A DNA stretch of 63,958 bases from Octopus bimaculoides (taxonomy: Eukaryota): assembly GCF_001194135.2 (NCBI RefSeq), contig NC_068981.1, positions 178,047,168 to 178,111,125 on the forward strand, written 5' to 3'. Position 1 is the stretch's first letter. Every line of letters begins with the position of its first letter. This document shows positions 1-14,366 of this stretch, in pieces. Both the position numbers and the translations under genes were made by a program. The notes under the pieces were generated by a model. That model made no database searches. It saw only the letters and a program-made list of their open reading frames with translations, and had not been told where the DNA came from.

Positions 1-186
1 GTGGCCGTTTTCGTGCGGGTGACACGTAAAAGCACCCACTACACTCTCTGAGTGGTTGGCGTTAGGAAGGGCATCCAGCTGTAGAAACTCTGCCAAATTA
101 GATTGGAGCCTGGTGTTGCCATCCGGTTTCACCAGTCCTCAGTCAAATCGTCCAACCCATGCTAGCATGGAAAGCGGACGTTAAAC

Positions 187-218
<32 letters not shown>
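1..218 (+). mobile_element. 3' part of a family-A retroposon with (GAT)n tail
   Basis: Near-identical to the reverse complements of 40198-40390 and 41942-42046. Ends ...cggacgttaaacGATGATGAT. Confidence 0.85.
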
Positions 219-219
<1 letters not shown>

Positions 220-421
220 ATATCTTTTCTTCTATAAGCACAAAGACTAGAATTTGGTGGGGAAGGACATAGCCAATTTCATCAGCCACAATGCTCAACT
301 GGTTCTTATTTCATCAACCCCAAAAGGACAAAATGCAAAGTCAACCTAAGCATAATTTGAACTCAGAATGCAAAGACAGACAAAATGATGCTAAGCATTT
401 TATCCAGTGGGTTAACAATTC

Positions 422-632
422 CTTTCTACTCTAGACACAAGGCCTGAAATTTTGGGGGAGGGGCAGTCGATTAGATCGACCCCAGTACGCAACTGGTACT
501 TAATTTATCGACCCTGAAAGGATGAAAGGCAAAGTTGACCTCGGTGGAATTTGAACTCAGAACCAAAAGACAGACGAAATACCACTAAGCATATCACCTG
601 GCATGCTAATGTTTCTGCCAGTTCACCACCTT
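422..632 (-). mobile_element. Family-C SINE inserted into an older family-C SINE (about 225-665)
   Basis: 16-bp TSD agtgggttaacaattc at 406-421 and 633-648. The host continues with the same family sequence on both sides. Confidence 0.88.
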
Positions 633-689
633 AGTGGGTTAACAATTCTGTCAGTTTCATGCCTTTACACACACACACACATTGCCTTG

Positions 690-1260
690 CCTTGTCTTTT
701 CCTATCCTAATTGCTGAGGGTCATGGGCCGTGGACACAGGAACCATTTCTCCCTCTCTCTCCAGATTTCCTCTAGCTATGGTTGTGCATTCAGTCAGAAG
801 TCTTCCAGTTCATTCTTTGAAATCATCCAGCCAGTATCTTCACGGTCTCCCCATTTCTCATTTCCCATTGGCTTTTCCCCCCAAGGAGGTGAGCGCTGAC
901 CTTCAAGGCCCTGATAACATGCCCAAAATACAGCAGCTATCTCTTCCTGATAGTTGCTGAAAATTCCTTTTCTCTTTCCATTTCCTCAAGTAGTGACTCA
1001 TTTGTTCAATGGTCAGTCCAATTGATCCTCTCAGTTCTTTTCAATAACATGTTGTTTCAAGTGCTTTGAGTTTGATAGTGTCATTTGCTCATAGAGTTCA
1101 GCTTTCACATCCATACAGAGCAACAGGACAAACTATTTAATTCGATGTTCTTGTTAGGAGTTCTGTAGTTCCTGATTGTACTGAACGACATTTATGGCTG
1201 ATCTCGCTGCACTGAGCTTTTAGTTCATGGCCTCCATCTCTTCATTATTCTTTGATAGCA
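690..1260 (-). mobile_element. Decayed RTE (BovB-like) LINE 3' fragment
   Basis: IVCPVALYGCES*TL*ANDTIKLKALETTCY*KELR and GRP*RYWLDDFKE*, matching RTE LYGCESWT-FExxCxRRxLR-GRPRxxWxD. Confidence 0.8.
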
Positions 1261-2262
1261 CAGACAAATATAATGTGTGTGCACGCGTGCACATGTGCAT
1301 GCTTTTGTCACAGGCATGGCTGTGTGGTTAAGATGCTTGCTTCCCAACTAAAAAATCTCTTCCTCAAACTTTTGAGTCAGGAGCCTACAATTATGCACCA
1401 ACAGTTTGGCACTTAAAAGTTCACAATTATATAACTAACTCCCAAAACATGTCAGAAACATAACCAAAAATCTCCTCTGAGACATTTAAAATATACCTGG
1501 ATGCATTTCTCTAAAATAAATAGAAGACTTTAAAAAGTGAAAAAAAGACAAACATATTCAGTCCTCCGAATGGATCATAGTGTTACTTTAGTAATGTATA
1601 TTGTATACTGATAATACAACACTCAGTGAAGTAGTGTAGTTATAAATTTTATGTATTCTATGATGAAATATTAAAAGAAAAAAACTTCCCTATAGTTTCA
1701 AAATATAAATAGCTAACAGATAAAACCGTCTTTACACATAGATTTTTTTTATAATTAAAAAGCATCTTGACAGACAAAAGAATGTACTAGAGGGTTTGAG
1801 GTAGGAAAAGCCAGCATATCAAACTTTATTTTTTCCATTAACTATGACAGAAGTTATCTTACTGGTGAAGATTTAAGATATAATAAGTATAAACACCCAT
1901 ACTGAATGAAGACGTTCTGCCAATAAAATAATCCATATGTATTTATACCAAGGAATTACAGTTGATAAATCATTAACTACATGTGAGCTAAAACTGTAGA
2001 TATCTGTCATTGTGATAACATTAACAGAAAAAAATAGCTGTGCAGATTTTAGTGAATAAACTATCCAAGCTAATCCTAATGTGTTGACTGAATATTTTAA
2101 GCCAATAATGATAATCATTATTGCAATGGCAATGATTGCTTTCTCAGATATTTTTAGCCAATAAAATAAAACACAAATTAGTATTTTACAAACAATTTCA
2201 CCACCACATTTTTTTTCTTTCTTTCTTTGTTTCTTTTTTTTTACTTTATTTCTCCCCCCGCC

Positions 2263-2268
2263 TCTCCC

Positions 2269-2331
<63 letters not shown>
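2263..2331. repeat. Compound (CT)n(CA)n microsatellite
   Basis: Directly visible. Similar arrays lie at 8051-8104, 34778-34891, 41460-41499 and 46003-46080. Confidence 0.95.
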
Positions 2332-2334
<3 letters not shown>

Positions 2335-5300
2335 TTTTAGACAAGAATAATTAAAAGATAATCTTTTGGTATCCTCTTGCAGTAAATGTCCCTAAAGTGA
2401 TTTCATTTGATTTTTGGGTAGTTTAAACTTGAGAATTAAAGCATTTAGACATTTAGTCATACAGCAAAACAAATACATTTGAGCTCAAAATTATTGTTAA
2501 ATGGTAGTCTGAGTAGATGAATATTGACCAAAGACTAATATAGTGAAATGTAACTTTAGAGAGCAGTGGGCAGTGCTAAAAAAAGAATGACCAAAGATGC
2601 AACAAAGGGAAGTCATATTACAACCTATTCTACTACAAACAGTATTGAAATTGAATATAAAAGCTTAGATGACAACAACAATGACAAAGATGATAGTGAT
2701 AAAAAGAGATCACACAAGCCTGCTGCTTACAGCAGGTCTGAAGTGGGATCTATCTTTAGATTTGGACACTAGCAACTATAGTAACGCATTAACACTTTTA
2801 AAAAAATGTTTAATGTTGTTTCCAAAGCCAAACAGAAAAATCTGTTCTGGATCAATTTACTTTCTATTTGCAGTTAAAAGCAAACATCTTCACACAACCA
2901 CTATATGATAATTGATGGTGTCTGTGTGTACATATATTTACACACCCACATGCACACATACACACACACACACATCTGAGAGACTGCAGCACTACATAAT
3001 TCACATAATGAAAATATTGCATAAAGCGAAACTATATGCTGGGTGATATATGCAAATGAATGGTACTGGGTGTGCTGTCAACAAAAGCCTTTCATTCTCT
3101 CAGATATATTTTCCTGTTTTTCTTTCTCGTTTCACAATCAATAACATGAATTCTTGGAGTAAATATTTTTTTATGGCTGACTTATCTTAATGTGAAGAAT
3201 TCAGTTTTGAAATGGGTGTGCTTACATATTTTCAGCAAGATTCAATAATATGCTTTGCCTGAGAGAATAATGCAATATTTAAATTTTGACCTCACAACCT
3301 TCATGTCAAAGGCTAACCAACAATGTACTTTTATATATGAACAGAATAGTTCCAGGACATTTCATGTGAAAATTGAAACTTTTGATATAGTCAAAATTGA
3401 GCCAGTATGTAAAGAAAACAACCATCCTGATTTTCAAGGAAATCAGAGTTAGAAATTATGATGTCCATAATTTTAACCAGTTCTCACACTTTAGTAACAA
3501 AACTTCTACCTATCTGATACAGTGCACCAATCTCTGTCACTTTTAAACTTGCACAGCTACCTATGGTTTCAGTAACTCATATGACTATATATCTTTACCA
3601 CTGTCACATTAAAAAAATATTCTGCCCCTTGAACACTGACTTTTCATGCATACCAATATGAGAGAATATCTATGTAGTGAAATCTTCCTAAATTCACACC
3701 CTAACATTTTATTTTTAATGAAGAAACACTGGATAATATAGTCCTAGATACACTAGGGATGATAAAAAAACAAAAAGCAATAGTTGTTTTTATTATTATA
3801 GATCTGTTCAATCAGCCAAACAATAACCAATTGATCAGGAGGTTTAGTAACTCTATACAGGTTATACCAGTCTACAAACTTGCTTCATGACTAACTTTAA
3901 TGAAACTCTCTCAGAACATACTACATACAATATTCATTAGGACATCTACTTCCAAATGTTCAACAGCCAAGAATCCATTGTATCAAAATGGTCTATATAA
4001 AAAAAAAATATAATAAATTGGAAGTTTTGTCAATTAACATCAGCAACTGACCCTTTATTTATATCCAAAATTGCTGCAAGAGGCCATGCAAGGGTTAGAG
4101 GTCCATTTATTCAGTGCATTATGAAAAACAAGACTTTCTTCTGTGACACGCAATAAAAAATGAGGTTCTGATTAAAAAATGTTAATTAAATGTTTCACTG
4201 AAATGGATATTTCTCTACCATAAATCTGCTGAAACAGTAGATATGGTCACTTTACAACTACAATTACAACTTCAATTCTTTGCCTATTGTGGTTTTAACA
4301 ACTACTTTCTATTGTCCAGTCACATGTTTACTACTCCAAATTTACAATTTCAGCCATATCTTTGATCTGAGAGGATATCATGTAATATGATGTTCTTTTC
4401 ACACACAATGATTTTTTTTTTAATTAATTAAAAATATTAATAAAGTAGCAAAAATATACATTTAAAAGGGAAAAAATTATTTATTGAGACAATAGCTCAA
4501 TGGTAAGAAAATGAAAAGGAAATGTTATAATTGTTCTTGCAAGTCAGGGACCATCAGAGTATGTACAAAATCTAATGATAATCCTCAACTTTGTTTCTTG
4601 TTATAAAGTTAACAAAATAGTTAGAGCGTGGCTATCTATTTGAAAATCACTATTTATATATTTATTATTCATCCATTCATTTGTATTTATTTTTACAAGC
4701 ATAAACGTTGACAAAATACTTCATCTTTCTGGATTGCATTAAAATAATTATTTGACTACAAAATCAAATGAAATAACAAAGCTCTTTACTTTTAAGACCA
4801 GATTGATAAGTATGCATTCCTATAACAGAGTTTTTTTTTTTTTTTATACAAGTAGTTAATGCATTTGTCAAGACTCAAATCAGATGTTCAATTTGTAGAT
4901 TTTCAATTATAATTACATAGGATTTATTCAAAAGGAGGCAGACACCACATGGAACAAAAGAAGACAAGGAAATAATTCATATTTAATTTGTGTCATAGTT
5001 TGGGAGGTATAAATGTAAGATTCAAAAATATGCGTACAATTGTTTTCAATTGAAACTGAAATATCAAAGAGCTTCCTTCTCTTCTAAGTAACTGAAGGTT
5101 CTCAAAATTAAATTACTTTTTTAAAAGTAGCTTTTGAAATATTTTAAATATACTGACACTACAAAAGGTTACTAGGAAAGGAAAAGATTAAGAAAAATAG
5201 ACAGAATATATTGAGTAATTAAGCTTTAAGGATACTGTTTAGTGATATACATAATACAAATGGGAAAAATGAACTCATAGTATAAATTCTTTAAATGTGA

Positions 5301-8046
5301 TATCATCATTGTTTTAGCATTCACTTTTCCATGCTGGCATGGGCCAGATGAAACTATCTGAGGTAGGTTTTCTTTTTTCTTTTTTTTTTTTACCTCTTTT
5401 AACGGCTGAATGCTCTTCCTGTTGCCGACCTTGTTGTAATGTAATATTTTCCCTGGTTTTTAAAACAATGAACAGTGTAATGGCCAGGCAAGCCTTTATG
5501 AAAGATTATGAACAATGACACTATATGGACAATGACTCCGTCTTTAAATTGTGCAAACATCATCATAAGAACACACACACACATCAAACCTCTTACAGCT
5601 TCTATCTACCAATTCTACTCCAAGGCACTGGTTAGCTCCAAGCCAAAATAGAAGACACCTGCCCACAGTTACATGCAGTGAGAATGAACTCTAAACCATG
5701 CTTGCACCTGATATAGCCATGCTTGCACACAGCCATGCTTACAACTGATATATCTGAAAGATAATTAGATTCACTCAGCCTCTTTCAACAAGAGAAAAGG
5801 TGAGAATTAAAAATTCAAGCAGATTTCTAATATGATACTAGTAGTAGTTGTTGCTGTTCTGATGACACAGCAATGAATATATGAAACAGTTAATGAATTC
5901 ACACAAAATAATCTGTATCTGAAGCTGGTGTTTGTTAAAAGCTTATCATGGAATAATGAATGGAAAATGAATGACTTCCCTAAAAAGGTACGTGTGTGAG
6001 AGAAAGAGAGGGGTTTATAAAGATTTCTTTTGGGCAAGTACAGGGTCTTTTTTTTCTTTTTCTGAAAGGATATAGCAGATATAAATTAATTCTTATATTA
6101 CTGATAAAAGTTTTATTGACATTAGAGCAGCAATTTTCAGGCATATACCAGCACCACCATCCCCCCAACCCATAACACACACACACGCACACGCACACGC
6201 ACAAGAAATACTAGTGAAAGTTTTGGGCACCTTTCGTCCCCTTTGTTAATAAAACATCAAAATAGATTTTGTACCCTATTATAATTCATCTTTCTCCACC
6301 AAAGTGTTTGATAAATTTAAAAACTTGGGAGCCACATTAATTTTATTAAGCATGGCAAATCATCTTCCCCAATTCCAACCCCCGCAGCCCTCACTCAGAC
6401 CTATGAGACACACTGCATTAGAAGTACAAGCTATAAAGTCTCCTACCCACTGGAATCTTAGGCATGGAGCATTACATTTCTAAAAGGAAGTACATAGTTA
6501 ACAGATTTGATTCTAGTCAAAATCAGAGGTACAGGAGGAGATAACACTTTTCATACCAAATTACCTGAAACTGCCTCTGGCTCTATCTATGATACGAGAA
6601 TTTAATGCTCATATCTAAATTGCAGTAGTTCCTTTATTGTTTGATGTAAGAACCTTTTGATAAGATATGTTCTGAAGACCAGTTTTATAATGACTAAGTT
6701 ATTTTCCTAAATCCTCAATTATTCAAAAAAATCAATTGAGACACAGAGCCAATGTATTTCAATAGAAATATAGTCACAAAAGAATTAAGTATTTAGTGTA
6801 TTTAAATTCAGAAATGTGAGGTGAAAATTTGAAAGAATATAAATACTTTGTCGGATCTCTTTCCTTTCTGCCAACTCTATTGACTTTAGTTTACATAAAT
6901 ATTAAATGAATTGGATTCTTCAGGGAAATCAGGGAAATATTAGATGAATGAGTAAAACAGAGATGCTTTAAGTCTGTCAATGACCGAGATGTTGCAGAAT
7001 TGTCAATTTTTCTTTTGGCCATTACAGGCTAAAGCAATTACAGGTTGAATTCATTTGAAAACGTCTTGAAAATACTGACCATCAACAATGTTGAAGGATT
7101 TAACAGATCAATAGCATTTGAATGCTGCTCCTTAAAAGCAGGAATGGAATTTGAGTAGTTTAGAAGATGAAAAGATTTGAAGTAATATGAATTGCTTTAG
7201 ATACTGGAAACCTAGTGGAAGGCATTCTTGTTAGCATTTAGAGTTCTAAGTAGTGTTTGGCAGCTAGCAATTAAGAAGATTCTATCTAGAAAGCAAAACT
7301 GGAGTGAACTGAAAGGTAATATGAGGTACAATAATTCTTTATCTTTATTTGTTTTGTCAGCGATTTAAAAAAAATAACAAAAATTATTAAAAAAAAAAAC
7401 AAAGAATGGTTGTCAATTATTAGGAAGTTGGGTTAACTAACATTAGGTTTAATATCATGTAGAGTAATTGCCCAGAAAAAAAAAATTCTATATTAAGAAT
7501 TGCCTAAAATATTTCATTTCTATGAATTCTTTACAAGTTCAATTGTTTATATGAATTAAGTGCTTTTATCATGATATTAGGATGGATGTATAGATTGTTT
7601 TCTTGGGTTAGTGAATACTTTGAGTATTGCAGAAATATTATTGCTTCAATTTGTGTATGAGGTAATAGAAGTATTGTAAATGGCATGTTATTAATCAGTG
7701 TCTCAGACCTGCAGTTTCAAACTAATCCTTAATGAAGATAATCTAAAGATCATAGATTATATCAATTAGACTATGCTAAATGATAATATAATTAAACCCA
7801 CAACTAAATTGAATTAGATAATAGATATCTTAAAATAATGAAACAGGATTTTCTAAAAGCAATTTGTTTAAAAATCTTATAATTTTTGTAGTATGTATTT
7901 AGAGTAGATAGATTTATGCCAAAAAAATTTTCCATAAGATAGATTAAATTAGTTTGAAACTAAATCTTGTGCAGCTAAAACTTCTAAAATTAATTTGTTG
8001 GATCATAAAAGGAAGTTTTTACTATCGAAAAGATTATTTATATACA

Positions 8047-8108
<62 letters not shown>

Positions 8109-8418
8109 GTATGTATAAACACACATACACATATATTATATATATATACATACACACACACACATACTCATATGCACATAAAAACTAATATGTAAAGACA
8201 GGAATATATTATTCAGAATAATAATATAAATAATAATTTTTAAGACAGGAACAAAATTAGAAATCTAGGTGAAGAGGTTAATCAATAAAACTGACCCTGT
8301 ATTTGACTGGTTCTTTATTTTATTAAACCCACATTTGAACCCAGAATACAAATGGCTAGAGTAAATTCTGGGAGATATTTTTTCTTATACTCAAACAATT
8401 TTGCCACCTTAACACCAC

Positions 8419-8489
<71 letters not shown>

Positions 8490-8490
<1 letters not shown>

Positions 8491-8687
8491 CCTTTCTGCT
8501 AAAGGCACAAGGCCTGACATTTTGGAAAAGGGAACTAGTTGATTACATTGACAGCAGTGTTTCACTGGTACTTAATTTATTAAACCTGAAAGGATGAGGA
8601 AGACAAAGCCAACCCTGGCAATAAAGATGGATGGAATGTTGTTAAGCATTTTGCTCAGCATGCTGATGATCCAACCAGCTTGCAACC

Positions 8688-8689
<2 letters not shown>
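8490..8689 (-). mobile_element. Family-C SINE flanked on both sides by (AAT)n arrays
   Basis: Homologous to 422-632; (AAT)n at 8419-8489 and 8690-8744. Confidence 0.75.
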
Positions 8690-8748
<59 letters not shown>

Positions 8749-8899
8749 TGTGCTTGTGTGTGTATTCCCAGTTAGTTTACTGTCAAGAGAATAGGTTGTT
8801 TTCACACCATCAGTAATCACACCAACAAAGACTCAAATAAATAACTGTAGAATAGTATATGTTGCACAGAAATATATAAAGAACAATAATTAGGTAATG

Positions 8900-10200
8900 A
8901 GTGAGAAAAGCTGAAGAGGTCTGCCAATGTTCTGCAATGTCATAAGAAGGAAATTAGTATGATAGCTTAGACTTTCTATCCTTGAGGCTAATAAGAAAGA
9001 GTCATAGAAATGATACTAGCAGAATGAAAATACATGTGAGAAAGTGGGATTACCCATACAGACCAACAAAACAAACAACTGAAACTGAAAGCTCTACAGT
9101 CAAAAGTAAGATGAAGGGTATGAAAGCAAGAAAAGCAGCTGGGCTATCAGAATAGTTGAAAATCTCAGTGAAGTAAAGCACAGACTATTCACTCACATAG
9201 ACATTAGTAGTATAGGAACATTCTATACCCAATGACTGGTATAACAGCTGCATCATCTACAAGAGTTAAGAAGATGCTCTAGAAAGAAACGGCTATAGGG
9301 GCATAAAATTGATGGANNNNNNNNNNNNNNNNNNNNNNNNNNNNNNNNNNNNNNNNNNNNNNNNNNNNNNNNNNNNNNNNNNNNNNNNNNNNNNNNNNNN
9401 NNNNNNNNNNNNNNNNNNNNNNNNNNNNNNNNNNNNNNNNNNNNNNNNNNNNNNNNNNNNNNNNNNNNNNNNNNNNNNNNNNNNNNNNNNNNNNNNNNNN
9501 NNNNNNNNNNNNNNNNNNNNNNNNNNNNNNNNNNNNNNNNNNNNNNNNNNNNNNNNNNNNNNNNNNNNNNNNNNNNNNNNNNNNNNNNNNNNNNNNNNNN
9601 NNNNNNNNNNNNNNNNNNNNNNNNNNNNNNNNNNNNNNNNNNNNNNNNNNNNNNNNNNNNNNNNNNNNNNNNNNNNNNNNNNNNNNNNNNNNNNNNNNNN
9701 NNNNNNNNNNNNNNNNNNNNNNNNNNNNNNNNNNNNNNNNNNNNNNNNNNNNNNNNNNNNNNNNNNNNNNNNNNNNNNNNNNNNNNNNNNNNNNNNNNNN
9801 NNNNNNNNNNNNNNNNNNNNNNNNNNNNNNNNNNNNNNNNNNNNNNNNNNNNNNNNNNNNNNNNNNNNNNNNNNNNNNNNNNNNNNNNNNNNNNNNNNNN
9901 NNNNNNNNNNNNNNNNNNNNNNNNNNNNNNNNNNNNNNNNNNNNNNNNNNNNNNNNNNNNNNNNNNNNNNNNAGTTAAGAAGATGCTCTAGAAAGAAACG
10001 GCTATAGGGGCATAAAATTGATGGACTAAATAATGAAAGCGATGAAATGCAGTTCAGCTTTGCACAAGGAGATGGTATCTCTTCCAAACATGAGTTTTTA
10101 GAAAAGACTAAGTGGTTCCAAACAGGAACTACTTTCTATAGTTTGGTGGTCACTAAGAACACTGATTCATATGAGTCATGCACGCCATTAAACGTGAGAA
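8900..10200 (+). mobile_element. Decayed RTE LINE reverse transcriptase fragment spanning a gap
   Basis: MK-ARKAAGLS, then DALERNGYRGIKLMD (NYRGIKLL motif), then MQFSFAQG (QFGF.PG motif). Confidence 0.65.
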
Positions 10201-11221
10201 AAACATATATGCAATTAGAATATTATCATTATAACGATTCTCATTGTTACTAAACAAACATAAAATAGACTAGACATGATACAAAAGAAAATATAGATAA
10301 ATGAATCATAACTGTTTGCAAAGGAATTCAAACCATAATTAACACAGTGGGTTTTTTGAAATGTTTAACAATGGTCACAATATGGAAGGAAGACTTAGAA
10401 AGAGAACTCTTGAAGAAGAGTGTGAAAATTCGAGTATAGGTTTGCTCACCTAGTAGATAAACATACAAAAGTTTGGCTGCAAACAAAACTAAGAGTAAAA
10501 AGCTTACAACAGAATTTTTTCTGTAAACATTTGAATTTTGAGTAACAATTGAGTCACAACCACTCTAAAGCTTAGTGAGAATAAACAAACAACACTGAAT
10601 ACATATTTCACATTGTACCTATTTCCCTCTAAATATAATTTTTAGATTAGAAAAACCTACTGTGAATGCCTTTCTCTTTCTCTTTCTCTCTGATTGGGGT
10701 GGGGCAGAGAAAAGAAAAGAAATTGAGAAAAATTTTCTGATTTAAAAACTTATCTGATTTCCATAAGGAAATAAATTTAAAATTAAAATTCAATATTGTA
10801 CTCTTGAGATCAATTTAGATCAAAATACACATATGCAATTGGACTGCTACTGCTACTACCACTACTAAATAAATGAATGACAAAAATTACAAAAATCAAG
10901 GCAAGACAGATGAATCAATTACAATAATGTTCAGAAAGGAGTCCCGGCCATTATTAATGTGATACAGTGGATATAACATGGGTAACATAGAAGGTGATGG
11001 CTAGAATGAAAATAAAATTTTTTAAAAAATAAATAGATAAAAAAAACTGAATGCCTCACTCACCTAGAAGATTTACACATACAATGTGGTTGTAATTAAA
11101 ACCAAAGAAAAGGTGGGGGTTTTTTTTTTCTTTTTTTTTAAACTTGGAAATCTGTCAGCAATAAATAACAATTTCTAAAGGGTTTAACTTATGACAGAAA
11201 AAAGATGATTAGGTACATTTA

Positions 11222-11259
<38 letters not shown>

Positions 11260-11288
11260 TATATATATATATATATATNNNNNNNNNN

Positions 11289-11361
<73 letters not shown>

Positions 11362-11897
11362 TATAGGTATATCTTTTCTGATTTGAAAAAACCTAATAGA
11401 TTCCCCTGTGTAAATTAAATTAAAGCTCAACACTGCACTGATGAGGTTGACTAGGTCAAAATACATATTGCAATTGGAATATTTATTTGTATCATTACCT
11501 ACTAAATAAATATGTAAATAAAAAGGCTCAATTCTTTCCCTTACAAAAGACAATGGATGAACCAATGAAAGTGATGAGTGTAAAGGAATTCCTGCCAGTT
11601 TTTGAAATATCTGACAGTGAACATAACAGGAACAACTTAGGTGATGGACCAAAGAAGAAGACAAAAAGAAATTTGTGAAAAACTACTAAATGAATAAATG
11701 TTATTAAACAAATATGAAAAATGATAAGACACAATTCTCTCCCTTATAAAAGAATAAAATGAAACAACCAGGATGATGCTAAGGAGCTTCAAGCATTTAA
11801 AATGTGTGATGGTGATCACAATACAAACACCTTAGAAGGAGATGATCTGAAGAAGAACACAGCAAAGTGTATATTTTGCTTGCAAAGTCAGTATATA

Positions 11898-12239
11898 TGT
11901 TGTTGGCACTCCGTCGCTTACGACGTCGAGGGTTCCAGTTGATCCGATCAACGGAAGAGCCTGCTCGTGAAATTAACGTGCAAGCGGCTGAGTACTCCAC
12001 AGACACGTTTACCCTTAACGTAGTTCTCGGGGATATTCAGTGTAACACAGTGTGACAAGGCTGACCCCTTGAATTACAGGCACAACAGAAACAGGAAGTA
12101 AGAGTGAGAGAAAGTTGTGGTGAAAGAGTACAGCAGGGTTCGCCACCATCCCCTGCCGGAGCCTCATGGAGCTTTAGGTGTTTTCGCTCAATAAACACTC
12201 ACAACACCCGGTCTGGGAATCGAAACTGCGATCCTATGA
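11898..12239 (-). mobile_element. Family-B SINE, 5' end lost in the gap
   Basis: Near-identical to 49636-49980. Confidence 0.9.
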
Positions 12240-13600
12240 NNNNNNNNNNNNNNNNNNNNNNNNNNNNNNNNNNNNNNNNNNNNNNNNNNNNNNNNNNNNN
12301 NNNNNNNNNNNNNNNNNNNNNNNNNNNNNNNNNNNNNNNNNNNNNNNNNNNNNNNNNNNNNNNNNNNNNNNNNNNNNNNNNNNNNNNNNNNNNNNNNNNN
12401 NNNNNNNNNNNNNNNNNNNNNNNNNNNNNNNNNNNNNNNNNNNNNNNNNNNNNNNNNNNNNNNNNNNNNNNNNNNNNNNNNNNNNNNNNNNNNNNNNNNN
12501 NNNNNNNNNNNNNNNNNNNNNNNNNNNNNNNNNNNNNNNNNNNNNNNNNNNNNNNNNNNNNNNNNNNNNNNNNNNNNNNNNNNNNNNNNNNNNNNNNNNN
12601 NNNNNNNNNNNNNNNNNNNNNNNNNNNNNNNNNNNNNNNNNNNNNNNNNNNNNNNNNNNNNNNNNNNNNNNNNNNNNNNNNNNNNNNNNNNNNNNNNNNN
12701 NNNNNNNNNNNNNNNNNNNNNNNNNNNNNNNNNNNNNNNNNNNNNNNNNNNNNNNNNNNNNNNNNNNNNNNNNNNNNNNNNNNNNNNNNNNNNNNNNNNN
12801 NNNNNNNNNNNNNNNNNNNNNNNNNNNNNNNNNNNNNNNNNNNNNNNNNNNNNNNNNNNNNNNNNNNNNNNNNNNNNNNNNNNNNNNNNNNNNNNNNNNN
12901 NNNNNNNNNNNNNNNNNNNNNNNNNNNNNNNNNNNNNNNNNNNNNNNNNNNNNNNNNNNNNNNNNNNNNNNNNNNNNNNNNNNNNNNNNNNNNNNNNNNN
13001 NNNNNNNNNNNNNNNNNNNNNNNNNNNNNNNNNNNNNNNNNNNNNNNNNNNNNNNNNNNNNNNNNNNNNNNNNNNNNNNNNNNNNNNNNNNNNNNNNNNN
13101 NNNNNNNNNNNNNNNNNNNNNNNNNNNNNNNNNNNNNNNNNNNNNNNNNNNNNNNNNNNNNAGCCATCTATCTGACCCTCACAATATTGAATAACTTGAT
13201 AGCCTGAATTATGCTTTTATTAATTGCTTTGATCACAAGCAGGCACTAACACCCTCACAGACCCCCTCCCCCCCTTGATCCAGCAAAACATCCAGGATGT
13301 AACATATGTAGGATCAGACGGCTGGTTAATCCTTTAACAACCCTGAAAGAATAAAAAGCAAAATAAAGACAGCCTTGGCAAGATTTGAACTCAGAGTGAC
13401 AGCTGGAACAGATGTCACAATGCAGTCTATCTGACACTCTAACAACTATGCCAATTGACCACTGTACCATGGGCTTCGGCACAGTTTCCATTAACTAAAT
13501 TCTGCTCATAAGAGATTGGTCAGGCCGAGCCTGTAGTAGTAGAAGTAGTAAGATCAGATCATGAGTAAACTTTTTAACCAAATACTTATACTTCTCGATT

Positions 13601-13821
13601 CTGACTTCAATTCAGATTAATCAATTAGATGTAATGCTTATTTATTCACATTGTTTTGAATTAATCATGCATTGTTTCACAGCTTCAAGATTTTGACAAT
13701 AAGATTGCTTATTTTTAGAATGTTATCATAGGGTATGCATGAGAAGTCAAAATTGACCAGTTTGAACATAAAACAAGGTAAAATATTTGGGCCGGATATG
13801 ACTGGTTCAAACACTAAAGGG
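13601..13821. mobile_element. Older family-E MITE copy
   Basis: Body homologous to the other copies (gtaatgcttatttattcacattgttttgaattaatcatgcatt...gccggatatg...ctaaaggg). The left TIR is eroded. Confidence 0.7.
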
Positions 13822-14118
13822 TTATGTTAATCCTATTTCTTAAATATGACATTATAAACCCTGACTTGATCTAAGAGTTTATGAGTTCAATTCCCTCTCA
13901 AATTGTATGATAACTTTTCACTTTTTTGTCTTAAAATTAAATCCATAGCCTAATCATAAATTATATCCCCATGCAACTATTTGCAATTTTCAATGGGATT
14001 AGGGAGAGACAATAATGTTTATGAAATGGAAGAAAGTGCTGACATTCTTGTGTGTTTAAGAAGCTGTTTCCACAACCATGTGGTTCTGGATTCGATCCCA
14101 CTGTGTGGTATCTTAGAC

Positions 14119-14366
14119 CAGGGGTTTTCAAACTTTTTGACTTGCGGACCCCCTTATAAACGCTTATGAAATTTATACATAAATATTTGCTTAAAATAAC
14201 ATATTTTTGCATTTATTTATTTAACAGTATTTAACAAATAGGTTTATTGTCAATTAAAAGATTTCGATAAAAAACATATATAAAATCAAATTGCCCATAA
14301 AAAGTATTTGCTGTCTTGTCCTTGCGGACCCCCTGTGGTCCGCGGACCACAGTTTGAAAACCCCTG
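14119..14366. mobile_element. hAT (Charlie/Buster-like) MITE, 248 bp
   Basis: Perfect 16-bp TIRs caggggttttcaaact and agtttgaaaacccctg. 8-bp TSD tctTAgac at 14111-14118 and 14367-14374. It splits a family-D SINE. Confidence 0.93.

Noticed and set aside
2566-2772. 68-aa charged ORF (GTG start)
   Set aside because: Low-complexity GAT/AAC sequence, no recognisable family, and not ZMIZ in either strand.
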